64,000 bases of DNA from Minisyncoccia bacterium (GTDB lineage Bacteria > Patescibacteriota > Minisyncoccia > 2-02-FULL-40-12 > IGHO2-01-FULL-4-A), in contig JBEKBN010000006.1 of assembly GCA_050015375.1 (NCBI GenBank), forward strand, positions 454-64,453. The letters run 5' to 3'. Below are positions 1 through 8,260 of the stretch, piece after piece; within the stretch, counting starts at the first letter, position 1; every line of letters begins with the position of its first letter. The translations under genes and the position numbers were made by a program. The notes under the pieces are model-generated. The model did not search any database. It saw only the letters and a list, made by a program, of their open reading frames with translations, and was not told the DNA's origin.

Positions 1-208
1 GGTCAAGGTCATTGCGCCGGCCGGAGTCAGTTTCTCGGTTGAGAAGAACGTCATCAAAGTCACGGGCATAGACAAGGAAGCCGTCGGCCATGTGGCCGCC
101 GAGATCCGGGCAGCCAAACCGACCGAACCCTACAAAGGCACGGGCATTAAATACAAAGATGAGGTCGTGATCAGAAAAGCCGGAAAGAAAGCGGTTACGG
201 GAGCATAA
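1..208 (+). CDS. rplF: 50S ribosomal protein L6, C-terminal part (partial, runs off window start)
   Basis: Frame-2 translation [61 protein letters not shown] ends at TAA 206-208. It sits directly upstream of rplR and rpsE. Confidence 0.85.
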   Translation, partial: VKVIAPAGVSFSVEKNVIKVTGIDKEAVGHVAAEIRAAKPTEPYKGTGIKYKDEVVIRKAGKKAVTGA

Positions 209-292
209 TGGCAAAAATTTTTCCCGATTTCGTTTCACGAAATCGAGGATCCTCGATTTTTCAAAGAAAAATCGGGACAATTTTCAAAAAAA

Positions 293-649
293 ATGAAACG
301 GGATAAAAATCAAAAAAGGACGAGTCGGCATAAAAGAGTGAGAGCCAAGATCTTTGGGACAAAAAATGTTCCCAGGGTTTCCGTGTTCAAAAGCAATAAA
401 AATATCTTCGTTCAATTTATTGACGACGAAAAAGGAAGGACCCTTTTGAGCGGCAAAGGGACAGTTGTTTCAAAGGACGCCGCCCAAAAAACAAAAACAG
501 AAAGATCGGCGGCCATTGGTGAGACATTGGCCAAAGAAGCCGTGAAAGCGGGAATCAAAAAGATCGTTTTTGACCGCGGCGGCTTCAAATATCAAGGTCG
601 GATAAAAGCTTTAGCCGACGGATTAAGAAAAGGCGGACTTCAGTTTTAA
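293..649 (+). CDS. rplR: 50S ribosomal protein L18
   Basis: 118-aa basic protein with L18 signatures (RVSVFKSNKNIFVQ...GFKYQGRIKALADG). Canonical position between L6 and S5. Confidence 0.9.
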   Translation: MKRDKNQKRTSRHKRVRAKIFGTKNVPRVSVFKSNKNIFVQFIDDEKGRTLLSGKGTVVSKDAAQKTKTERSAAIGETLAKEAVKAGIKKIVFDRGGFKYQGRIKALADGLRKGGLQF

Positions 650-653
650 TTTT

Positions 654-1214
654 ATGGATAATATCACACCACAACCCCAGACCCAACACAGAAATAGTTT
701 CGGCGGAAATCGCGGCGGATTTGGCGACCGCGGACCAAGACGCGACAATCGCCCGCCTCGGGAAAAATCCGAATTCGAGACGGCGGTTCTTGATATTGCC
801 CGCGTAACCCGCGTTACCAAAGGCGGTAAACGATTCAGTTTTCGGGCGACGGTGGCGCTTGGCGACGGCAAAGGCCGAGTTGGCGTCGGCGTAGCCCAGG
901 GCATCGATGTCGCCCAGTCAATGGCCAAGGCGTCTCATCAGGCCAAAAAGAACATGATCACGGTCAACATCGTCAAAGAGACCATTTCCCATGAAATAAC
1001 CTGCAAATACAACAGCGCCGTGGTCATGCTCAAACCGGCCCGTCTGGGAAATGGCGTCAAAGCCGGCGGTCCGGTCAGGGTCATTGCCAAACTTGCCGGC
1101 ATCGCCAACATCACCGCCAAATTAATTGAACGAACCGGCAACAAGATCAATATTGCCCGGGCGACGATCGAGGCCCTAAAAAATTTAAAAATCAAAAATC
1201 AAAATGCAAAATGA
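654..1214 (+). CDS. rpsE: 30S ribosomal protein S5, with a roughly 40-aa Gly/Arg-rich N-terminal extension
   Basis: Core VTKGGKRFSFRATVALGDGKGRVGVG...MLKPARLGNGVKAGGPVR is typical S5. The N-terminus carries GGNRGGFGDRGPRRDNRPPRE. Confidence 0.9.
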   Translation: MDNITPQPQTQHRNSFGGNRGGFGDRGPRRDNRPPREKSEFETAVLDIARVTRVTKGGKRFSFRATVALGDGKGRVGVGVAQGIDVAQSMAKASHQAKKNMITVNIVKETISHEITCKYNSAVVMLKPARLGNGVKAGGPVRVIAKLAGIANITAKLIERTGNKINIARATIEALKNLKIKNQNAK

Positions 1215-1237
1215 CAATGTAAAATTCAAATTCTAAT

Positions 1238-1699
1238 ATGCAAATTCATGATCTAAAGCCAACAATTAAATCGAAAAGCAGAAAAAGAGTCGGACGCGGA
1301 GGCAAGCGGGGAACTTTTTCCGGCCGTGGTTCGAAAGGCCAGAAATCGCGGGCCGGTCATCGGATCCGTCCCGGTTTTCGGGGTGGCGACAATCCGGCTT
1401 GGAAACTTTTCCCGAAACAACGCGGCGCCAGCAAAAAAGTCGGGATCAAACACGCTTTATTCCAAACCCGGAGCGTCAAACCGGCAATCTTGAATTTGGA
1501 TGTTTTGAGTGAGAATTTTAAAGACGGCGATAAAATAACCGCCAGAATTTTAGTCAAAAAAGGTTTGGTCAAGACCGCCAAAAAAGGCGTGAAGATCTTG
1601 GGCGGCGGAGTTATCAATAAAAAATTATCTTTTTCTCGCATTACCATTTCCGAACCGGCTCGGGAAAAAATATTGAAAGCCGGCGGAACGGTAGAATAA
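1238..1699 (+). CDS. rplO: 50S ribosomal protein L15
   Basis: MQIHDLKP...KRVGRGGKRGTFSGRGSKGQKSRAG is the L15 N-terminal signature. It follows rpsE directly; there is no L30 gene between them. Confidence 0.9.
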   Translation: MQIHDLKPTIKSKSRKRVGRGGKRGTFSGRGSKGQKSRAGHRIRPGFRGGDNPAWKLFPKQRGASKKVGIKHALFQTRSVKPAILNLDVLSENFKDGDKITARILVKKGLVKTAKKGVKILGGGVINKKLSFSRITISEPAREKILKAGGTVE

Positions 1700-1700
1700 T

Positions 1701-2960
1701 ATGAACCGAATCTGGAAAGTTTTCAAGATAAAAGACCTTCGCAACAAGATATTTTTCATCTTGGCGCTTTTAGTCGTCTTCCGGGTGGCGGCGGCGATCC
1801 CGATCCCGGGCGTAGACGCCGTGGCTTTGAGGAATTTTTTCCAAAACAACCAGCTTTTCGGTTTGATCTCGAGTTTCACCGGCGGCGGTTTGAATAATTT
1901 TTCGGTGGTCATGCTCGGCCTCGGTCCTTACATCACCGCATCGATCATCATGCAATTATTGACCATGATCTTTCCGTCACTGGAGCAAATGTACAAATAT
2001 GAGGGCGAAGCCGGCCGCCAGAAATTCAATCAATACTCCCGCATTTTGACTGTGCCTTTGGCGATCGTTCAAGGTTACGCTTTCATCACTCTTTTTGCCC
2101 GCCAAGGCATCATCGGCAATTTGTCCCTGACCGCCTGGGCAAGTTCGCTCATCACTATTGCCGCCGGCTCGGTGTTTTTGATGTGGCTTGGCGAACTCAT
2201 CACCGAAAAAAATATTGGCAATGGCGTTTCACTTTTGATCTTTGCCGGCATTGTCGCCCGTTTCCCGACCGAACTTGGCCAAGCGCTGGCCACCCGGACC
2301 TCGGGCGATATCATCACCGGTATTGTTTTCATTTTGATCGCCTTGGTGGTCATTGCCGGTGTCGTTTATCTGACCGAAGCTCAGCGAAATATTCCCATCA
2401 ATTACGCTCGGCGGGTCCGCGGTTCGCGGGTCTATGGCGGCGTCTCGACCTATCTGCCGATGCGGGTCAATAACGCCGGCGTCATGCCGATAATCTTCGC
2501 TTTGTCTTTGCTTTTGTTTCCAAGTATGATCGCCACTTTTTTCAGCGCATCAAGAATCGCTTTCATCGCCTCGGCCGCCAAAGCCGTGGCGGCGTTCATC
2601 CAAAACCAAACCATCTATGCCGTTCTGTATTTCATTCTGGTCGTGGCTTTCACGTATTTTTACACGGCCGTTACTTTTGACCCGAAATCAATTTCCGAAA
2701 ATGTCCAAAAACAAGGCGGCTATGTTCCGGGCATCCGGCCGGGCGAGCAGACCGCTCAATTTCTGACCCATCTTTTGAATAGAGTTACTTTGGTCGGCGC
2801 GGTTTTTCTGGGGCTCATTGCCATTCTTCCTCAAATCGTTCGTGGCGTCACCGGTGTGACGGCCTTCACCGTTGGCGGCACTTCGGTGCTGATCGTAGTG
2901 TCGGTTGTTCTTGAAGTCATCAAGGCATTGGATGCTCAATTATCCATGTATGAGTACTAG
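1701..2960 (+). CDS. secY: preprotein translocase subunit SecY
   Basis: 419-aa polytopic membrane protein with SecY motifs (GLGPYITASIIMQLL, GGVSTYLPMRVN). Canonical position after rplO. Confidence 0.92.
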   Translation: MNRIWKVFKIKDLRNKIFFILALLVVFRVAAAIPIPGVDAVALRNFFQNNQLFGLISSFTGGGLNNFSVVMLGLGPYITASIIMQLLTMIFPSLEQMYKYEGEAGRQKFNQYSRILTVPLAIVQGYAFITLFARQGIIGNLSLTAWASSLITIAAGSVFLMWLGELITEKNIGNGVSLLIFAGIVARFPTELGQALATRTSGDIITGIVFILIALVVIAGVVYLTEAQRNIPINYARRVRGSRVYGGVSTYLPMRVNNAGVMPIIFALSLLLFPSMIATFFSASRIAFIASAAKAVAAFIQNQTIYAVLYFILVVAFTYFYTAVTFDPKSISENVQKQGGYVPGIRPGEQTAQFLTHLLNRVTLVGAVFLGLIAILPQIVRGVTGVTAFTVGGTSVLIVVSVVLEVIKALDAQLSMYEY

Positions 2961-2981
2961 CTTCTAGTTAAGGGGGAGGAT

Positions 2982-3269
2982 ATGGGCAGTGTTGCGGTTT
3001 TAGCGAAAATAGCGGTAGAAATCGAGCAAACGATAAAAAGCAAAGAGTCGTTTGAACAAATTTTCGGACCTGTTTTGGGAAGCGAGGAGATGATCGTCGT
3101 TGTTGGTCGGCAGGGATTGTTTGGAAGCGAACAGCTTACAAATGAAGAGATTGCTTGCGAACTCGGTCCGGGAAGACAGAGCACGGAAGTAATTCGTATT
3201 TATTTTGGTGCTCTTGAGAAAATCAAAGCGCATATGGCGTCAACTGGGCGAGTGAGGTTGTTAGAATAA
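2982..3269 (+). CDS. small protein with a sigma-70 region-4-like helix-turn-helix
   Basis: Strong SD AGGGGGAGG precedes the ATG. The C-terminus LTNEEIACELGPGRQSTEVIRIYFGALEKIK resembles the sigma-70 region 4 HTH. The location between secY and adk is unusual. Confidence 0.45.
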   Translation: MGSVAVLAKIAVEIEQTIKSKESFEQIFGPVLGSEEMIVVVGRQGLFGSEQLTNEEIACELGPGRQSTEVIRIYFGALEKIKAHMASTGRVRLLE

Positions 3270-3360
3270 ACTGTTCTTTATCGGCGGTTCCACGGAGCCG
3301 CTTTTTCTTTTTCTCCGGGATTGGAAAAGGAAACGGCGAAATGGTATGATTTAGGCAAAT

Positions 3361-4029
3361 ATGACGAAGAAACTGGTGATTTTAATTGCCCCGCCCGGAG
3401 CCGGCAAAGGAACTCAAGCCAATCTGTTGGCCAAAAAATTTGGCTTATTTCATCTTGAAACCGCGAAAATAATAGAGGACAAATTCAAAAATGCCATACC
3501 CGAAGATCCAGTGATAAAAGCGGCTAAAGAAAAATGGCTGGACGGTGGTTTGGTCGAGCCCAAGGTCGTTGCCCAATGGTTTTTGGAAAAGATCACTAAA
3601 TTGGCCGACGAAAATAACAGCGTTATTTTGTCAGGTTCTCCCCGGACTTTGTATGAAGCCAAATTTGATATGCCGATATTAAGCCGGTTGTTCGGCAAAG
3701 AAAATATTAAAATATTCCATATCAAATTAAGCGAAACAGAATCGATAAAGAGAAATTCTGGCCGAAGAATATGCAAAGCCCATCGCCACCCAATACCGAA
3801 TTTTCCGGAATATAAAGGTCTTACCATGTGCCCCGAAGATGGCTCTGAGCTGATGAGACGCGAACTTGATAAACCTGAAGTGATCAGACAGCGTTATCTG
3901 GTCTATCTTGAAGAAACCGCGCCGATACTAAACTATTTTCACGAAAATAATTATCCGGTAACGGAGATCAACGGCGAACAACCGATAGAGAAAGTTTTTG
4001 AAGATATTCGGAAAAACTTCAATGATTAA
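3361..4029 (+). CDS. adk: adenylate kinase
   Basis: P-loop IAPPGAGKGTQA and a Cys/His lid (CKAHRH...CPEDG). Canonical secY-adk-map order. Confidence 0.9.
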   Translation: MTKKLVILIAPPGAGKGTQANLLAKKFGLFHLETAKIIEDKFKNAIPEDPVIKAAKEKWLDGGLVEPKVVAQWFLEKITKLADENNSVILSGSPRTLYEAKFDMPILSRLFGKENIKIFHIKLSETESIKRNSGRRICKAHRHPIPNFPEYKGLTMCPEDGSELMRRELDKPEVIRQRYLVYLEETAPILNYFHENNYPVTEINGEQPIEKVFEDIRKNFND

Positions 4030-4792
4030 TATCAAGTCCCCGGATGAAATTGAAATAATGGCCGAAGGCGGGAAAATCTTGGCCGAGATTTTGCAAAAAT
4101 TATCTGCCGCCGTCAAACCCGGCATCGCTACAATTGAACTTGATAAGCTCGCTCGCGAGCTTTGCTTGTCATATAAAGTCAAACCGGCGTTTTTGGGTTA
4201 CAATGATTTTCCGGCGGCGCTTTGCGTTTCGGTGAATGAGGAAGTTGTCCATGGCGTGCCCTCGGAACGGTCACTTAAGGAGGGCGACATTGTCGGACTT
4301 GATATGGGCGTTATCAATGGCGGTTTCAATACCGACAGCGCCATCACCGTGCCGGTTCTCGGAAATTTAAAATATGAAGATTGGGCGAAAAAAGATCCGA
4401 AACACGCGAAATTAATTGAGGTCACAAAACACGCACTCAATGCCGGAATAAAAAAAGCCGTTGTCGGCAATCGTATCGGCGCAATCGGTCATGAGATCCA
4501 AAAAATTGCCGAAAAGGAAAACTTTGGCGTTGTCCGAGATCTCTCCGGCCACGGCATTGGCCGGGTTTTGCACGAAGAACCGGATGTGCCTAATTTCGGC
4601 AAAACCAGCGACGGCCCTGAGCTCGCCGAGGGAATGGTCATCGCCATTGAGCCGATGATCACCACTGGTGACTGGAAAATTAAACTTGCCTCCGACCACC
4701 AGGCCTACGTCACCCAAGACGGCTCATTCTCGGCCCATTTCGAGCACACCGTGGCGGTTACTTGTAATGGTCCATGGGTATTGACAGAATAG
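4022..4792 (+). CDS. map: methionine aminopeptidase type I
   Basis: MINIKSPDEIEIM...HGIGRVLHEEP...IEPMITTG aligns with bacterial MAP. I chose the ATG at 4022; the ORF track extends to a TTG at 3998. The gene overlaps the adk stop. Confidence 0.85.
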   Translation: MINIKSPDEIEIMAEGGKILAEILQKLSAAVKPGIATIELDKLARELCLSYKVKPAFLGYNDFPAALCVSVNEEVVHGVPSERSLKEGDIVGLDMGVINGGFNTDSAITVPVLGNLKYEDWAKKDPKHAKLIEVTKHALNAGIKKAVVGNRIGAIGHEIQKIAEKENFGVVRDLSGHGIGRVLHEEPDVPNFGKTSDGPELAEGMVIAIEPMITTGDWKIKLASDHQAYVTQDGSFSAHFEHTVAVTCNGPWVLTE

Positions 4793-4872
4793 CCCAAAAA
4801 GAGTAGAAATAAAATTGTTGAAAGGGCTCACTCTCGAGCTAAAACAAGCTTTTTAACAAAGGAGAACTGACT

Positions 4873-5742
4873 ATGACTGATAATCTAGTCGGGGCGGTGC
4901 CGGATGACAATCTTGGCATCGTGGAAGATGTAGCTCGCCGTTTGCGGAAGGAGAAAGGTTTTCCAGAACGGATCAAGTTATTCTTGGCTGGAAAACTTCA
5001 GCCAGCAGAAGGTGTTAAGATCATCCCGCGTCCTTTTGCCAAACTTGATCGGATGCTCTCGCGCCGTTTCGGCGAGAGGATTTATGTGAATCCTTATCCG
5101 AAAGAATTCACGCCGGAATTTCTGGCCAATGCTGTGAAATACAATATGCGGCCGGTATTTTGGCCAGGCAAAGATATGATCCCGGACCTCCGGCTGAAAA
5201 AGTGGATTATGCCGAATGCCTGGTTTTACAACCAAGTGTTTGCCGGTAAAATCAAATCCCATGGCGATTTATCGCCAACGAAACTCCAACGCGGTTGGTA
5301 TCTCGCCGATTTCACGATTGGCGCGGACTACACCGACGGCACCCAGGTCTTTATTGACGACCCGTTCGCGCCGATAATCGCGAAACTGCGGGAGCAGAAG
5401 CTCGTTGGCAAATATGACAACACGCCGGTAGGTTCACGCTTCTCAATCGCCCGGAACGAATGGCAAGATTGCGTTTTAGCTCACATTGCCTCCGCTCTAA
5501 ATGTTACCCGATCTCAAATCCGTCTGGAGCGGGCGATTGAATTTAATGCGATTGGAAATCTCTATGATCCTAATCGTGGGAAATTCAAGATGTGGGAATG
5601 GTTTGCCGATCATTTCGGGGGCTCCGGCCGGCTTGTCGGCGGTAGCCGTGGCGTTGGCGGGCTCGCGGGTGTCTGCTGCGTTTGGTTCTGCGATTGGAAC
5701 GATGACATCGCCGCTCGTCCTCTGGTGAGTTTCGTTTCCTAG
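4873..5742 (+). CDS. hypothetical protein with a GC-rich Gly-rich C-terminal tail
   Basis: 289-aa ORF with strong SD AAAGGAGAA. No motif recognised. The last roughly 45 codons are markedly GC-rich. Confidence 0.5.
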   Translation: MTDNLVGAVPDDNLGIVEDVARRLRKEKGFPERIKLFLAGKLQPAEGVKIIPRPFAKLDRMLSRRFGERIYVNPYPKEFTPEFLANAVKYNMRPVFWPGKDMIPDLRLKKWIMPNAWFYNQVFAGKIKSHGDLSPTKLQRGWYLADFTIGADYTDGTQVFIDDPFAPIIAKLREQKLVGKYDNTPVGSRFSIARNEWQDCVLAHIASALNVTRSQIRLERAIEFNAIGNLYDPNRGKFKMWEWFADHFGGSGRLVGGSRGVGGLAGVCCVWFCDWNDDIAARPLVSFVS

Positions 5743-5778
5743 TCCCTTGGACTCTTGGTCCCTTGACCCTTGATGCCC

Positions 5779-5816
5779 CGAGGGCGTTCGCTTTGCGAAC
5801 GCCCTCGTTTTATTTT
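5779..5816 (+). terminator. Rho-independent terminator
   Basis: Perfect stem CGAGGGCGTTCGC / GCGAACGCCCTCG with loop TTTG, followed by TTTTATTTT. Confidence 0.75.
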
Positions 5817-5848
5817 GAATTTATCAGTTTTCTGATATAATAATTATT

Positions 5849-6574
5849 ATGTATTTATCCGTCATTATTCCCGCCTACAACGAAGAAAAAAGGATCGGCA
5901 AGACGCTTTTGGCGGTGGATGAATATCTATCGGGACAAAAATACGATTCTGAGATTATCGTGGTGGATAATAATTCAAAGGACAAAACGGCCGATATTGT
6001 CAATAATTTAAAATTTAAAATTTATAATTTAAAATTAATTTCCCAGCCAATTCAAGGCAAAGGCAATGCCGTAGCCAAAGGAATGCTTGAAGCATGGGGC
6101 GATTATCGGGTTTTCATGGATGCCGACAATTCCACCTCCATAGATCATATTGAAAAAATGTGGCCGTTCATTTCGACCGGTTACGATGTTGTCATAGGAT
6201 CGCTCGCGGTCAAAGGCGCAAAGATTCTCCAAGGCGGAGCCGAACCGTGGTGGCGAGTGCTTTTGGGGAAACTCGGCAACAAATGGATCCAGATCTTCGC
6301 GGTCTGGGGAATAAACGATACCCAAAGAGGTTTCAAAATGTTCACGGCCAGAGCGACGGAAAAAATATTTCCGAAATTGACAATATTTGGCTGGGGATTT
6401 GATGTCGAAGTTTTGGCTTTAGCAAAAAAATACGGATACAAAATAAAAGAAATTCCGATAATCTGGGATAACGACCCAAATTCAACGGTGAATTTCTGGG
6501 CCTATCCACAAGTTTTAATGCAAACCGTAAAAGTCAGATGGAATCTATTGATCGGGAAGTATAATAGCCATTAG
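5849..6574 (+). CDS. family 2 glycosyltransferase (dolichyl/polyprenyl-phosphate sugar transferase-like)
   Basis: N-terminus SVIIPAYNEEKRIGKTL...IVVDNNSKDKT...DADNS carries GT2 DxD-type motifs. Confidence 0.8.
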   Translation: MYLSVIIPAYNEEKRIGKTLLAVDEYLSGQKYDSEIIVVDNNSKDKTADIVNNLKFKIYNLKLISQPIQGKGNAVAKGMLEAWGDYRVFMDADNSTSIDHIEKMWPFISTGYDVVIGSLAVKGAKILQGGAEPWWRVLLGKLGNKWIQIFAVWGINDTQRGFKMFTARATEKIFPKLTIFGWGFDVEVLALAKKYGYKIKEIPIIWDNDPNSTVNFWAYPQVLMQTVKVRWNLLIGKYNSH

Positions 6575-6638
6575 TTATTAGCCATTAGTTTTTAGAAAAA
6601 TCCTAAGTTCTAATGGTTAAGTCCTAATTACTAACTTG
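6568..6638. repeat. tract of ten heptanucleotide units (CCATTAG/TTATTAG...CTAATGG/CTAATTA/CTAACTT) filling the GT2-galT intergenic region
   Basis: Strict 7-nt periodicity with TAG/TAA anchors, running from the GT2 stop to the galT TTG start. The same CTAACTTG junction occurs at ftsE. Confidence 0.6.
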
Positions 6639-7646
6639 ATAAACGAATTTAGGCAAGATCTGGTTTCGGGCGAATGGGTGCTTTTCGCGACCGGAAGAGC
6701 GAAGAGGCCGGGCGAACCAACGGCGAACGGCAACGGCATCCGCATCGGCAAAAATTTTGAGGATTGTCCTTTCGATGACCCGGAAGCGAAGGGCAATGAG
6801 GTCTTGATGACCTATAAAAACGCCGACGGCTCGGATTGGTTCGCTAAGATCATCAAAAACAAATTTCCGGCGGTTTCCGAAGGCGAAATGGCGCCCCGCC
6901 AGAAAGTTGGCCCTTTCGAGGTGACCGATGCCAAGGGTTTGCACGAAATTTTGATCTTCAAAGATCATAATAAATCTCCATATCATTTGTCGCCAAAAGA
7001 ATTTTCAGAAATTATCAGGATCTACCGCGACCGTTATTTGACTTTGGCCGGCTACAGCGGCAGCAAATATATTTTGATATTTCACAATCACGGCTTAGCC
7101 GCCGGCGCCAGCATCCCTCATCCCCATTCCCAGATAATCACCATTCCGATCTTGCCACCCGACATCAAGCGGAGCATTTTGGGTTCGGAACGCTTTTACC
7201 GCGAGAACGGAAAACGGGTCTATGACCTGATGCTTGACTGGGAAATGAACGACAAAAAGAGGATCGTGGCTGAAAATGACGATTTTGTGGCATTTTGCCC
7301 GTTCGTTTCCAAAACCCCTTATGAAGTCAGGATATTCGGCAAAGAAAGCCACGCCCATTTTGAAAGAATTCCCGACCCCAAACTTCAGACATTGGGGGAA
7401 ATTATGAGCAAAGTTATGCGGAAGGTCAGCAAGGCCTTGAATGCTCCGGATTTCAATTATTTCATCCACACCGCGCCGACCGACGGCATGAGCCAAGATG
7501 TCCATGATTTTTACGCTTGGCATATTGAAATTTTACCCAAAATGAAAATTGAAGGCGCGTTCGAACTTGGCAGTGGCGTGGAGGTGAATGTAGTTGATCC
7601 CGACGAAGCGGCGAAACTTTTACGCGAAGCTGAAGTTGAAAATTAG
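6636..7646 (+). CDS. galT: galactose-1-phosphate uridylyltransferase (HIT family)
   Basis: TTG start. N-terminus GEWVLFATGRAKRP, a CPF zinc motif and the HIT-like active site PHPHSQI. Confidence 0.8.
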   Translation: MINEFRQDLVSGEWVLFATGRAKRPGEPTANGNGIRIGKNFEDCPFDDPEAKGNEVLMTYKNADGSDWFAKIIKNKFPAVSEGEMAPRQKVGPFEVTDAKGLHEILIFKDHNKSPYHLSPKEFSEIIRIYRDRYLTLAGYSGSKYILIFHNHGLAAGASIPHPHSQIITIPILPPDIKRSILGSERFYRENGKRVYDLMLDWEMNDKKRIVAENDDFVAFCPFVSKTPYEVRIFGKESHAHFERIPDPKLQTLGEIMSKVMRKVSKALNAPDFNYFIHTAPTDGMSQDVHDFYAWHIEILPKMKIEGAFELGSGVEVNVVDPDEAAKLLREAEVEN

Positions 7647-7648
7647 AG

Positions 7649-8260
7649 ATGTCAATATTTACCGCGATCATTAACTGGGCTTTGGCGATCATCGGCGCGA
7701 CTGGATATTTGGGCTTGTTTTTGGCGATGATGTTGGAAAGCGCCGGCGTTCCGATCCCCTCAGAAGTCGTTTTGCCATTCGCCGGTTTTTTGGCGGCTTC
7801 GGGGAAATTCAGTTTGATATTGGTGATCGTAGTGGCCACTACCGCCAACTTGACCGGCGCGCTCATTTTTTTCACTATTGGATATTTTGGCGGCACGAGA
7901 TTTTTACGAAAATATGGACACTTTTTATTTATACGCGAAAAAGAAATTTCGAGAATGGAGCGTTGGCTTGACCGCCACGGCGGCAAGGTCGCTTTTTTCT
8001 CAAGGATGTTGCCCGGCGTCAGGACCTACAGCTCATTGGTGATAGGTTCGGGCAAGTCAAGATTGCGGACGTTTATCGGTTATACGCTTCTGGGCTCGGT
8101 CATCTGGAATTCCATCTGGGCCTATCTCGGATATTACACCGGAAACCGCTGGGAAATATTCGGACCCTACGTCAGAAAATTTGATTATTTAATTCTGGCA
8201 GCGATAATCATTTATATCATTGCTTTTTTTGCCAGACATTTCGGTAGAAAAAATAAATGA
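7649..8260 (+). CDS. DedA/SNARE-associated family membrane protein
   Basis: Multi-TM protein with a DedA-type motif (GLFLAMMLESAGVPIPSEVVLPFAGFLAASG). Confidence 0.75.
   Translation: MSIFTAIINWALAIIGATGYLGLFLAMMLESAGVPIPSEVVLPFAGFLAASGKFSLILVIVVATTANLTGALIFFTIGYFGGTRFLRKYGHFLFIREKEISRMERWLDRHGGKVAFFSRMLPGVRTYSSLVIGSGKSRLRTFIGYTLLGSVIWNSIWAYLGYYTGNRWEIFGPYVRKFDYLILAAIIIYIIAFFARHFGRKNK

Noticed and set aside
3998-4021. Upstream TTG start for map suggested by the ORF track
   Set aside because: The ATG at 4022 gives an N-terminus (MINIKSPDEIE) that aligns with E. coli MAP. The extra 8 residues would deepen the overlap with adk. I could not exclude the TTG start.
7462-7986. 174-aa minus-strand ORF spanning the galT/dedA junction
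   Set aside because: Antisense to two well-supported plus-strand genes.
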